Positions 33,874 to 47,043 of a stretch of DNA of 64,000 nt are shown in pieces (positions within the stretch are counted from its first letter, which is position 1; each line of letters opens with the position of its first letter). The notes under the pieces are model-generated. The model saw nothing but the letters and a program-made list of their open reading frames with translations. It was not told the origin of the DNA and ran no database searches. The translations under genes were made by a program, and so were the position numbers. This stretch comes from Podarcis filfolensis (lineage: Eukaryota): assembly GCA_964270895.1 (NCBI GenBank), contig OZ185438.1; one strand, written 5' to 3'.

Positions 33874-35031
33874 CTAGGAAGCAAACTAGATGATGCTTTG
33901 AAGGACTGTTTATAGCAGATCATTAACATTCCCATGTGAAAGATATGTTTGACAAAATCTAGACAGTGAATCCCATGTAGTTTTAATAATTAATTTTAAT
34001 GAATTTGAGGTTTTGATATTTATAGAAAACTGGCAAGGATGTAGAGACAGCAATTTGGCATTTATGAAATATCAGCTTTCAGCAGATAAGGAGAAAATTG
34101 AAAATTATCTGTACCAGCGTTCATTAAAATCCCAACGTAGGTAAATAACTAATTGAACACCATCTGTCTGTTTATACTCCTCCTAATAAAAAAAGTATCT
34201 CTCTGAAACAGATTAATGAATCTGTTCTTATTTCTTTGAAACCAACAATTTTCTGAGAGTTTATTGACACTGTTAACATAGTGAGTTCAGTAATAGTGGC
34301 ACTGAAAGACCACCTGCAACTAAAGACCACCTGGCCCGATTAAGAAAACAGGTTCTATAGACCTGTTCTGGCATATCATGATCTAAGTTCAGCCATGCAT
34401 TTCACTTTTGGTTGGCATTTTGAGAACTCTTATTGAGAAATTAAAGTCAGGTCAGTGTAACACTCCAAGAAGGTGGAACTAGTTCTCCCTCCCACCCTTG
34501 ACTTAACATGTGGCTCATTTTAAAAAGTTTCCGATAATTATTGGCCTAATTTAAGCCAAGGGAAATCAAAGTTCTAAAACTCACAGTGAGCTTCTACAGA
34601 TACGGAAGCTCCAAACTTCAGAAGTTTACCTTCCATGAGTTGGAAGACTACCAGAACAGTGACAGGATATCTGTTATGCTCGGGGCATTACTATGCTCAT
34701 CCCATCGTCCTCTCATATGTTTAACACTTATAGTCCTGTCCCTAGAATAGACCATAATAGAATAGACCACATCTTTACTGATAGAATTTCCATTTGAATG
34801 ACAAAGAAGACACTGTGTGAAATGGGGGCTGGGGAAATGGATAGACACCATGTTGGTCTGATGCCAGATTTCATGGAGAAAGAGGCAAAGCTGAAGAACC
34901 ATGAACAGTTCCAAATGAGTAACTTGCTCCAACAAAGTTTGGAGCTCTCTGAGGCCTGTTAAGCCTCTGTCTCCAAACTTATCTCCAAACTATCTCCATA
35001 CCCTCCAATGAAAATAGGGATGTCCTGTTAC

Positions 35032-35207
35032 TTAATTTATTATACCCCACCCATCTGACTGGGTTGCCCCAACCACTATGGGCAGCTTCGAACACATATA
35101 AAAACATAATAGAACATCAAACAGTAAAAAAAACCTTCCTGATACAGTGCTGCTTTCAGATTTCTTATATAGTTGTTTATCTCCTTGGCTCGGAGATCAC
35201 ATAATTC
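35032..35207 (-). mobile_element. L2 LINE 3' end
   Basis: CCCCACCCATCTGACTGGGTTGCCCCAACCACTATGGG is similar to 11161-11200. Flanked on both sides by ATGAAAATAGGGATG-type MITE pieces (~35009, ~35231). Confidence 0.7.
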
Positions 35208-38119
35208 CATACCCGCCAACATTTCTCCATTGAAAATAGGGATGTTCTAAGGAAAAGTGGGACATTGCAGGATCAAATGAAGAGTGTTCTCTATAAGCTG
35301 GCATTGAGTCGCATCTGATCCAGGGCTTCAGTTGGGTATACGGCACTCGCATGCATAGCATTCTCATACCAAAATAGATAGGCAAGAATAAGGAGCTGGG
35401 GTGTACACCTCAAAATATGCTTTGTGCCACCAGAAATGATATAATCTATACTTCCAACAGTGAGTTGTACTTCTATGTTTTGTTCCTCACAAAAGGAATG
35501 TTATTGGCACTGTGTCCAAACAAAGTATTGAAAATAAGAGTCCAGATTTTGAATTCCTCAGAGACTTAAAAGGTAACATAATTTAATTATTATCTTATTC
35601 TTCCTGATAGTTATATACAATCTAAGAGAATGGTATATTTGCTTTTTTCAAAACTTTTTTTTTGTAGCAATCTTAATGATAACACTTTGCCTTTATTTTT
35701 ATTATTATTTCGTTCTAGGTATTGAAAAATCTTTTCAAATTCAAATTACGGAAAAAAGGATGAACAAGCACCCCATGCCATACCATAACACAGACTGACA
35801 TGTTGAAATAGATAGACAAATAGATGAACTCTAAGGATATAGTTTCTCCTTAAGTGTATAATTTCTACATGGGTGTGATGATCAATTTGTGATGATTTCT
35901 TTTCTTTCTTGCCTCTGTAGAGTCCAATAATGCAATGGCTGAAGAACAAGGGTGTTTCAGAGTAGCTGGATGGATGTCTTGGATTTTAATTGTAACTCTG
36001 ACGATTTGGAGTGATCGTGGTAACGGGCAAGGTCAAGGTAAATGGAATGATTTTATTATTGAGAGGAAATATGAATGTAGTTTGGCTTATTCCGCAGGTG
36101 TTCATTTTTAGTTTTGCTTGACTATGGATGAATTAGCAAATAGTTGTTTTACCCTCTGTTTTGGTTCTTTTAGTCACACAGCTGTGGCCAGTGCAGTGCA
36201 GTGGTGCTGAACCACTGCCTCTTGACAGTGTTGTTATTGATGCTTACCAGAATGGTGAAGGGATGAGTGGGAGCAAGGGCAGGGTTCTGCAGATTGCTAT
36301 ATTGCCTCACTGGGGCACCCATACAGCCCCAACTTTGTTGCTTCACTGTCCTGCTAGGCTACAGTGCTACCACCGTGAGGAAAGTGGCAGAATGGCACCG
36401 CCCTGCCATACCAGCCACTCCTGCTGGAAGTCTTTGAAATATTAAATGTTTGTGATGCTATTGAATGTGAAACGGCGTATAATTTAAAGTAGTAGAAGTC
36501 ATTCATTATTATTTTTCTGGCTATATAAAGTATGCTTTGCATCTCCATGTGATAACTCGGATGTGTGAAGGGAGGCATATGTTCTTTGAGGTTTTGCCGA
36601 TTTTTCTTAATGACTGTCTGTGCAAGCTCAGTTACGTTTTCAAGAGACTGTTTTCATTTGAGGGATGTGCTGCCTTGCTTCTGTGCCTGGCTTTCAAAAT
36701 CTCTGAATTGTTGTTGTTTGGGGGGGAAAGGAGCAAGAGAAGAAATGGCTGAGTAGCATGTATATTCATAGCTTAAATCTGGGATGGGGAACTTGAGCCT
36801 CCCCCCAAAAATGTTCTTTACCTCCAAATCCCATCAGCTACAGCCAGCATGGCCAACAGTCAGCGATACTGCATGTTGAAGTTCACAACCTTGGGGGAGT
36901 GGGGTTGCAGTTCCCCACCCCTGCCTTAAGCTATGAAAATAATAGAAAAGGAGAATTGAAGAAGTGCTTGAGAGTTTTGAGATAACTGGAGGTATGATTT
37001 TTAATTGATGGTTTATATGTTTGTTTAGGCACAAGTACATTGGTCAGATGATTGTATTTTGCATTGCTTAAAGGTACAAAAGGATTTGAATTGTGTTTGG
37101 CAATTTTGAAATGGTTTTTCCTGATGTTTGTTTCACATTTGTTGGATCATGATGCAGTTGTGTGTGACTTCAAAGCTGACTTTGCAACCCGTCTTACTGA
37201 ACTATCAGACATCTATATAGTGTACAATATATATATTTTCAAACTTCTGATAACCCTGAATTGTGTAAATCACTCATACTGTATACTCACTAAAAATCTC
37301 TGAAGTTGCAATTTCTATTGAAATAAGGTCTTGTGCTTTAGCAAATGTCAGCATTTATTCTGGTTATGTTTTTTATACCAAGTCTTGGCTCTGAAAAGAA
37401 CCAACACCCTTTCTCCAAGGTGAAGGAAATCAGTCTAAAAAGGATTCACAAATCTTGTGCTAACCCTGAGTAATATAATTCTAGCTTCTGTTACAGAAAT
37501 CATTATGAAAATTGCATTATGTATAGTTGTGTGAAAGGGAAAGAAAGGAGAGAACCCAGATATATCATTTTAAAGTTCAAACTACAGAACTGTTCCAGCT
37601 AAAAGCAATATATACTATGATTGTGAAGTAGGATCTACCAGAAGCATGACAATGACAAAAAATTCTACCTCCCCGCCTCCCTGAAATGTAAGCAGTACTG
37701 CTTTGCTCCCTTGTCTTGGGCAGGGAGGGGAAGGGTTGGGGGAAGGCTACTGCCGAATGTTCTTATGCCCATTACAAATTGCCCATTGAATTTTGTTTAG
37801 CACAGAGACTGAATTTCCTATATAGTGTACCATCACACAAGGCTTAATCATGACATTGGGGATGTACCTGTATGGGATTTCACATGGCTGGCACTAGGAA
37901 TCTGTGAGAAGTGATGGCATGAGACTTTGAGTGAACTTTAAATGCAAACTTTTCCAGTTCCAGTTCTTGTTTTGGACCGGGTCTTTGAGATGGGTCCAAC
38001 TTGAAAGGAGCCTCATAGCTTGCTTCAGCTGCCAGTCTCTCCTATCTTTCTCCCTTGAGAAAGGGGGCAGGTAACAGGAGGCAGGGAGGGCTCTCATGTA
38101 AACAGGAGAGGTTTTACAA

Positions 38120-38239
38120 CAGAGGTGGGAAACCTGTGGCCTTCCAGGCATTGTTGGACTCCAACCCATATTAGCATCTCAGGGATTATGGGAGTTATAG
38201 TTCAGTGGCATCTGGAAGACCACAGGTTCCTTATCCCTG
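38120..38239. mobile_element. Decayed palindromic hAT-type MITE
   Basis: TIR CAGAGGTGGGAAACCTGTGG / CCACAGGTTCCTTATCCCTG; 7/8 TSD TTTTACAA / CTTTACAA. Confidence 0.7.
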
Positions 38240-38540
38240 CTTTACAAGGTCACTTGTGAGCTGCAAATGACATACAGAGCTAGAGGTCATGCGGCCTAGC
38301 ATGCCACCTAGGCAGCATCATAGCAGGCATACTAACTGCATGCTGATGATCTAGTATAAAAGTGAACCAGTCACATGGAATTCCACATGGTTGTGGATTT
38401 TTAAAAAATCAAGCCTTGTGTCACATTTAAATTCGGTCTAAATATAGCTCCTATCATTGCAAATGTAGCCATGGGAAGTTAAGAAGAAGCCTGCCTAGCA
38501 ACCAGCTGATCATTCTAAACAACCCATTTTGTTCTTTCAG

Positions 38541-38791
38541 ATCCAAAAGTGAAAGCCTGCTATGTTGTCATACTGTTTACTTCATTGAAACTCCTCTGAA
38601 ATACCTTCACTCATTTAATTAAAATATTGGAAAGGGCAGATTTCACAACTTATTGTCCGAGGGTGGTTTTAGATGACACAGTGGCTTGTGCCAGCTGTGC
38701 TCATGTTGGGGCTGGTTGACTGGACACATGGACAAGCAAATCATAAGCACCATGTGTTACATCACGGAAATGTGGGAGCTATGGACCCATG
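38541..38791 (+). other. Exon 2 of the host gene (132-nt 5'UTR + first coding segment)
   Basis: Branch-like TTCTAAAC, pyrimidine tract and acceptor TTTTGTTCTTTCAG at 38540; donor ATG|GTAGGG at 38792; contains uORF 38562-38588. Confidence 0.65.
38673..38791 (+). CDS. First coding exon of an unidentified secreted or membrane protein: signal peptide + His-rich N-terminus
   Basis: MTQWLVPAVLMLGLVDWTHG has a hydrophobic core and a T-x-G cleavage-like site, followed by QANHKHHVLHHGNVGAMDP. In-frame TAG directly upstream; phase-2 donor (TG|). The Kozak context is weak. Confidence 0.65.
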
Positions 38792-39181
38792 GTAGGGGTG
38801 GCTTCATGACCTGACTAGTTGATTAGCTCCCATGTGGATACAGCACAAGGCACATTACTTGCCTTTTCTTTTTTTTACCAATGTCTTTATGAAATTTGCT
38901 TAAAGATTAAGGGCACAGCCCAAATGAAACATACCTTAAATAAAGATGCATGTTTTCCTTTCTTCCCTAACTGATGCGGTTCCATTTCTCCTTTATGCAA
39001 GCAATTTCATACAATCTCTTACATTTGTACTGACTTCACTTAGAAAATGTTTAATATTCTGCAGATTATTCATCTTCTGAATTGAAGGCAAGTAGAAGGG
39101 AATTCAAACAGGCCTTTAATGTGTCAATTCAGATTCGTAAACCTAAACTGCTGATTTAGTAAATAATGTGTTCTCTTTCAG

Positions 39182-39202
39182 GCACCACTCCATTGTGCTT
39201 AG
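39182..39202 (+). CDS. Candidate 21-nt coding microexon (W-HHSIVL-R/S)
   Basis: Acceptor TGTGTTCTCTTTCAG; frame-preserving length; completes TG|G = Trp; moderate donor AG|GTACAA. Confidence 0.35.
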   Translation, partial: APLHCA

Positions 39203-40600
39203 GTACAACTTCAGTTGTGGGCCAGTGCTGTATATATATAAAACTAAATTATCCTGTATTTACATGAAAGTATATTCTGTTAACTGCCTTAGAAGGGCTT
39301 TGCTCTGAAAAACTGCATATAAGTATTAAGAATGTATAAGGAAATATTGTATCCAATTTGTAACAGTACCATCCAATACTGTTTACCACAAAACAGCAGC
39401 TACAACATGTCTCATTGCAAATGTTTAGTTTTTGAAATTAAACTTTCACAAATATTTTTTTGCTGTAGAATGGGTGTTGCAAGCCCCTGTTGTGTGCCTA
39501 AGACAACACTCCTATGTGTACACTTACCTGGGAGGAAGCCCCTGCAGCAGAAACACACACACTGTTCTTGTCACATGGAACACATTGAGGGATGTTTCCT
39601 TCTTAATTCAGCCACTGTCATTATCTTGTTAACTCTCCTAAATATGGGATCTAGATTTGGGGAAGGCAGAAGGTCTGTTAGCAGATTGCCTTTAATTCTC
39701 CTTAAATGTTCTGAGCATGGTCAAAATGCTAATGCAAGTGAGTGGGACAATCCTGTAGCTGGACAGAATCAACTGCAGGCTTTTGATTTGAAATATTTGT
39801 TTTTATTGAAGGCTTCAGGGAAATGAACAGATAAATAGCAGGTTGCCTTAAAATAAACAGCAATAATTTCAATCACTAACTGATCCTAGATTGATATAGT
39901 TTCTAAGGAACATCCAGGAATTTACAAGCAAAATACATTTAGCTTCACCCAGCATGGGAGTTGTCTGTAAGGAATGGTACAGATTTCTCAGGCAGAAGAA
40001 GGCAAAAACAAAAGCACCACAAATTTATGGTGTATTCTTTGAAGAGCAGCAAAAAGGTGTCTGCAGTTAGACTGAATCCCACACAGATGGGTGCTTAGCA
40101 CTTGATGTTCATGGAAATCAAGGAAACAGAGCTATAAATTGGGGATGATCTCCCTTTGGTTCTTGTGAGACCTTGTATATATGCTTAGGACTCTGGAGGA
40201 AAGGAAAGAGAATTGAGATGTCATATACCTTCCCAGAACTAGTCAACTGCAGCACCACGTTTCACTTTTGTATATTATAACTTGAATATGCTTTGCTCAT
40301 TTGTATCTGATAAGGAAGATAATCTGAAGGAGGCAAAATATTGGGGGTTTGGCTTTTATCACAGAGACACTGAAATAAATTAACAAATTACCTTTTGATT
40401 TCTGAGATGGCAATTCCTCAGTCCTTTTTTTTTAAAAAAAGAAAATTTAAAAGCTTTGAATTCTTCTATTCTACTGTTCAAGGGCTGACTTTGATCAGCA
40501 AAAAGTTCTGCATAGTTTATAAATCTCATATTTCCATATTAGAGCATTGCAGAAACACTATCCATTTAATTCCAGATTAGTATATGAAAATGCTCTTATT

Positions 40601-40747
40601 CAGTGCTTTTTTTCTATAAAAAATGTTTAGGGGTACTCTCATTTTCCTACTCATATTGAAATACTGCCCCTCAATGAGACCGAACTTAGATTCACAGAAT
40701 GTTTAGGGGTATGTGTACCCCTGCGTCCCCCCAGAAAAAAAGCACTG
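40601..40747. mobile_element. hAT-type MITE (CAGTGCTTTTTTT TIR family)
   Basis: TIR CAGTGCTTTTTTTCT / AGAAAAAAAGCACTG; exact 8-bp TSD CTCTTATT. Confidence 0.85.
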
Positions 40748-41638
40748 CTCTTATTGATTCTTGTTGTATGCTTCATCAAGCTATGGAACTGAAAGCTATG
40801 GAAATGAACAGATTAAACTGTGGTAAAGAAGGTATGATGGATGGCTGTGAAAATTTAGGGGGTGCTTGTTAGACTGTTGTCTGTCATATAGTTACCGGCC
40901 AAGCAAAAGACTTAATCTTCAAATACATATAATACTAAAAAAAAGTTTAATGTTAATACAAAAATGTTTGTTGAACATATAATTAAAATAATGTTTCTCA
41001 GAAGAAACCTTCCCTTCCCCTTTAAAATATGGCACATTCAAAGGGAACAAAATAGATGAGTCTCTTCAGACATATTTTTGGCAGCCGTATTGGTATTAAT
41101 CAGGAAAACTTCATAGAAGAAATAAAAAGAATTGGCAATGGAGAGAATGATACACTGATGCATAAAATGTAACAACTTTTAATCTTGGAGTCCATACAAG
41201 ATCTAAGTGTGCTAATGTACATTTCTTGAAATACTGCTTGACATTTCATGTATATTTTACAAATCAGCTCAATTCAGAAATGAATGTAGCCTGTTTTGTT
41301 TACATATATCTTTTTCCCCATTTTGCATGAATTTAATGGAATCATGAAATTTTAAAGCAACTGAACATATTTGATATTCTGTATTTAGTTACAAATATTT
41401 TTGAGGCTGAACAACTCTTCAAAGCCAACTTATTCCCATGAGTGACATTCCAGGAGGCCTACTCTGTTGTGCAATTCATTTCCATTGGCACAGTGGGGGT
41501 ATCCTTTCATGTCTCCTAGCCTTCTGGAGCAGATTTTCAGGGTATGGGAGGTGGCACAGGGTGGGAAGTGGTACAGGAAAGGAAGGAAAAGTCCCATTGT
41601 GCAAGAAGTAGTATGCTAATCAAACACTGGATGTGTGA

Positions 41639-41673
<35 letters not shown>
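41639..41673. repeat. Compound (GT)n(GA)n microsatellite
   Basis: GT run followed directly by a GA run. Confidence 0.9.
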
Positions 41674-41997
41674 TTTTTATTTATTTATCTGAAAAATATA
41701 TAGTCCACTTTTATACAGTTGTTTTCCAAGTGGTTTCCAATGAAAAGGTGATGGTGGTGGTCATTCTCCAGCTTTAAAATAACCCAAGGTCCTACCCTAG
41801 TGCTTAGATTTGAGGGCTGAAACTGGAAATCTCACAATCCTTAGAATGCTATTTACTAAACATGTTTGCTTCTAGTTCTCATAGGTGAAGGCCTTCCTTA
41901 ATAACTGTGGAAACAATATTCCACCAACTAAGCACATGTAATTTTAAAAGTAAGCTTTTAATGGACAAGGTCAAGGAGTTAACAGAGTTAGAGAGTT

Positions 41998-42254
41998 AGA
42001 GAGCCAGTGTGGTGTAGTGGTTAAGAGTCTCGTAATCTGGGGAACCAGGTTTGCGTCTCCGCTCCTCCACATGCAGCTGCTGGGTGACCTTGGGCCAGTC
42101 ACACTTCTTTGAAGTCTCTCAGGCCCACTCACCTCACAGAGCGTTTGTTGTGGGGGAGGAAGGGAAAAGAGAATGTTAGCCGTTTTGAGACTCCTGAAGC
42201 GGAGTGAAAGGCGGGATATCAAATCCAAACTCCTCCTCCTCTTCTTCTTCTTCT

Positions 42255-42287
<33 letters not shown>
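41998..42287 (+). mobile_element. Full-length Squam3-like (MIR/Ther1-derived) SINE with (CTT)n tail
   Basis: GAGCCAGTGTGGTGTAGTGGTTAAGAG tRNA-like head, GGGTGACCTTGGGCCAGTCAC body, tail of about 15 CTT units. Confidence 0.85.
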
Positions 42288-42288
<1 letters not shown>

Positions 42289-45200
42289 AACAGTGATAGC
42301 AGAATGTCTGGCTAAACTTCTGTAATAACTAGTGCACATGTCAGGTCTGTGGGATCTACTTAAAACAACAACAACAAGAAGAAGAATCCTGAGATCTATT
42401 AAGTGGAACCAGGTGCAAAAGGCACATACTTAGAATGAAAGAATTCAGAGCTAAGGAACTAAACTAAGCTCTCAGTGCTTTCACACACGCAAAAACACTC
42501 TTGATTACTCACTGTCCCAAAATGTATTCATTTCAGAAGTATAATTTACAGGTGGGAAGGGAGAGTAATTTTGTTGCCATTGTTGAACTTTAAAGCATCC
42601 AAGATCTACCAGTAAATCCCAATGTGTTTTCTGCCAAACTGCTGTAACTCATGCAGTACCTCATCAAGAATACAGGATTCCAGAATACAGAATTCCAACC
42701 TACATTACTAGGTTGTTGTATTACTGAGTTTACATGTAAAAAGTGCTTTGAACATTGCTTAAATGCAAATTTTCACATAATCATGGAACACCACCCTTGA
42801 TTTTTATGTTATTTAGAATAAACACAATGCCTAAATTATTTGGGGGTAATTAAAAAGGATGAGTTTAATAATTTCTTTTACAATTGTCAGTGGCTTCAAA
42901 AATGTTTGCAAACCCAGCCAGAAAATACTGTCAATGATGACTGTGAAATATGCATTTGCTATTTAGATTGCAATGATTTACTGTTAAATAACAGTAAAAT
43001 GTTCACACAAAGGATTTTTGGGGATAGGGAGGTAAGAAGAGAGACCAAGAAATCCAGATTGCAAGCCCACTGAATGAAATGAAAAGAAGTAAATTAACGG
43101 TCTCAGAATGAGGTCAAACCCAATCACAGAGATGATAATACTAAGGTTAATTATGTCATCATTTTCCATTGAAATTCAGCTGATTATTTTCAAGGAATTT
43201 AACATGAGATCAAATCATTTCCGTGGAAAGGGAGAAGAGGAAGAACTTAAGTCAGAAGGATTTGAAATTAATCTGTTTGAGGTATCAAATTGCAGGATAT
43301 GTCGTATGTTTCCAGTAGTTACTTAAAACTGCACTTGTATTTATTAAATTACTTCATGCATAAATGCATTTAATCACTCAAGAAATGGAACCTTTTCCTA
43401 TTGTATAGTCCAAAACCAGAATCACATTATATCCTCCAAATAGGCTACTTTTGTTGCAACAAGTTGCTATGCCAAATCAAGTCTATGGTATGATGATTCA
43501 GTGAGATGATTCAGTGAGAGATATTAAAATAGTGAATCCTAATCCAGTATTCAAGGAAGACAAGATTATATTAAGGTTTTTTCCTCTACTACCCTTGCAA
43601 AGGTGTCTGTACAATCACATAAATCCCCTTCCCATATCTAATTGGTTAATAATGACTCAGTTGCGGCGGGGGGGCAATGACACCTGTTAGATCTGTTTAG
43701 ACTGCTGTTGTGACAGATTATGCAAAGTGGAGAAAGAAATTTTGGCAAAATAGCTGTTACTTGACTGGACTTAATGCAGGAAAAGCAAAGGTATAGTTTG
43801 GTTGCCTGTGATTGGTCCCACTGATCTGAGTATATGTAAAAGCTTTTATTCTTACATCTTTTCCCTACAGCTTGTCTAGCCAGTCATTTTAATAATTATT
43901 TTGTATTGTTTCCATGGTGGTTTATGTTTTGTTGTATATATTGTACACCACCTTTATATTTTACATGAGTTGGCGGCATAGAAATCCTTTTATAGATAAA
44001 AAATAAGGAAGATGCTGCTGCTCTAGCTTCTATCAGCTTCAGCCATCTTGGCAAGTGGTCCTTGGATTATAGGAGTTGTAATCCAACATCTGGAGGGGAC
44101 TGTGTTGACTGCCACTGATTTAAGGCATTGTTTGTCTTGGCAAAGAAGCCAAGTATTCAGTTAAGGACAGACCAGTCCTGATTCCTAAAGCATCATCTAA
44201 GAGGACCACAGTTATGGCCGTCTAGTCCATGGAAAGAAGAAGGGGTGTGTGGGTCACCAAAATGCATAAGTGTTCTCTAAGGATGATCCTCAATCTAGTC
44301 TGTAATGAGAAGTAGTTGCTCTTTCAGCTGACCTTGCCTTGTTCCTCACTTCTATCACTTCCTATACTGACTCCCCCTGTGGTGATTGTGGTGAATAATC
44401 TGGTGTCATCGTTAGGGTTTCCTATTCTGTTGTAAAACACATGTGCGAATCAGCTGCTGGGGAGTCCAGAGAGGCTCATTTGTTTCTTTCCTGTTTGCTG
44501 CATGAATAAAATGTATATTCAGCACATTACAGATTAAATGGGATATCCTAATCTTTCATCACATGAACGCAGACCATCTTAAAAACAGAATTAGCATTTA
44601 ATTCATAATGCATGAACTACATTTTTGAAAAGTAGCTGCTTAGAGTTGAAGGCCTGCTGTATCAATTTATGTTTGGAAGGTAGGCAGGGAGAGCCTCAGC
44701 TTCAAGTGTTTTGGCATGGGCCCAGTTGAGCATTACTGTCACATTTGATTCTTTATTGGGCTGAATAAATGCATGCTGGAAATCTGAGAAAATAAGATCT
44801 GCCCTAAGTGCTAGTGCAATATATGCATGGTAAATAGGTTTTTACCACATTTTGGCTTGTTTAGCTTCAGTTAGACACCATGTAATGTAAAATAATGCAT
44901 CGTTAATGCATTCTGATGACCTGTGCGGATAGTATCTGCTGCACATTAATTAATGTAAATGGTGGTAATTGTACAAACAACTTAATTTATTTGAGTTTGC
45001 CTTGGCAGAATGTTCTAACTCAGAGAGCATGCCTTGATTGTCCCATGGTTGATTTTGCTCTACTTCTGCAAGTTCAAAAACAACACATTATTTGACATTC
45101 AGTACTAATTTGCAGTAAGCAACAATTAACTTCCATGGCTTAACTTGAGCCAGGCATCAGAACAATCACAGCTCCATAAACTGATATAGATGCCGGCATC

Positions 45201-46858
45201 CAGCTAGAGAAGATCTGAAGCAGTTCCTTTGGTTCTGTTCACAACGTGTACAAATATTTTTCCTTCTTCTACTGACACACCTAATCCACACATTTTGGAG
45301 ACTAAGGAGAAGGGTGTCCTTCCTTTTCAGACTAAGGGGTGGAGTATGAAGTTCAGACAGACTTAATTTTATAATTAAGCATTGCAAGGTGCTCCTGGAG
45401 AAGAACAGCTTACTAACATGTTTTGTGAGAGTAAAAAAACTCATTGCTCTTTTTTAAAATAGAAAACATAGCTAATAAAATATATTTGTCTTTTTCAACA
45501 TCTTCATGACCTTGAAATAACCTTGAAACAATGGTGGGGCCACACAGAATGATGAAAAGGCAGTGTTCTGTTGAAGGGTCCATTGCTCAATGATTCCCAT
45601 TCATGAAACAGAAGAAACAGGGCTATCAATACTCACCACAATTGTTGGGAAAGAGGGAAAACCTGCTCCCCCTCACCAAGCAAGCCATCAGGGATATTAA
45701 CAGGAAGGTTACCTCTTAGCTCAGTGATGTTCCTGCACACATCCAGTTATTGTTCCCCATACAAGTGAATGGTTCCCCATACAACTGAATACAAGTACAT
45801 TTGCTGGTGAAATGTAAATTGTTGTAATTAACTTGAGCACACCAATATAATATGAACACAAATATAGTTCCTGACCTTAGTTAAGTGTGTCTTTGTGTGT
45901 GTGCACGAGTTTGTGCATTTGGGTCTATGTACAATTTAACCTTTACTCATAGCTCACAGAGACCTGCGCAGTATATGAATTTTCTCTCTGTTCATCATGA
46001 CAGTGGACAATTGTCTTAGAATTGTATAAAACTTATATTTGCTTTCTATATTTTCTATGACAACCAAGAGCTGCAAGGAGTTTCAGTGATTACTTTTAGC
46101 ATGCAGATTGAATAAAAAAATCTTACTGACTTTGCAAGTCACAGTACTACTGGTAAAGTTCATTGTAATCAATGGACTGTCTACCTATGTTCTGTAAATC
46201 ATGTATTTTATGTATTGTAATGGGATTAATTTTAGTAATTACAAAGTCATTTTCCAAGGTTTTCTTTCAAGAAAGATTTATTGAAACAAAAAAATGGTAT
46301 TTGATTTGCAGTTAATTCTATCAAAGCTTGATTGGTAGCTCATCAAAGTAATAATGTGCTTGCTAAATTATAGATGACATTTGATGTAAATTACTTTACA
46401 TATATAATTGGGGGGGGGGTTTGCAAAAGTATTCATATATTATAAAAATAAATTTTGAGACAATTAAAGATTAAGCCATAATAGGAAAGTGTCCATGTCA
46501 GATTTACATATGATTCATTTTGAGTGCTCAGTGTTTGTACAGAGCATAGAATGTTTATTATTGAACACAACTATGTAAAGCTAGGGTATTATCCTGCATA
46601 AAAGATGTTGTTGTGGATTAAACAGTTTAGGCACAATCCATCCTCTCTCATGCATGTGGGAGGGGAATCTGTATCTATCACCTATCTTTCTTCCTCCTCC
46701 TGGCTGTGCCGGATTGCCATGTGTTTTGCCTTTTGCATCTGACGGGCCATCAATATGAAGTTTTCTGGTTCAACTGACATGTGATGTGCAAGCTAATCTG
46801 AAAGACTCCCTCTTCTGCCATTCACAGCCTGCTAGTGGCTCTGTGTGTTGTGTTGCTC

Positions 46859-47043
46859 TACACAGAAAGCTGCCTTATACCAAGGTTATTTCTCCATCTT
46901 GCTCAGTATCATCTGTGATGACTGGCAGTCTTTAGTGTTTCAGAAAGGAGTCTCTACAAGTCATACCTGGAGATGCCAGGAATTAATCTGGGACCTTCTG
47001 CATGCAAGTCAGATCCTCTGCCTCTGAGCTATGGCCCTTCCCC
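46859..47043 (-). mobile_element. tRNA-derived SINE
   Basis: Reverse complement of the family at 27928 (AAGCTGCCTTATAC...GGGACCTTCTGCATGCAA...TGAGCTATGGCCCTTCCC). Confidence 0.75.

Noticed and set aside
38673-38791. Partial resemblances of the signal exon to TIMP3, TAFA2, FXYD6 and beta-neurexin N-termini
   Set aside because: Each matches only a few residues and lacks the family-defining sequence that should follow, so no gene symbol is assigned.
41971-42339. 122-aa ORF with a poly-Lys run
   Set aside because: It is the antisense translation of the (CTT)n tail of a SINE.
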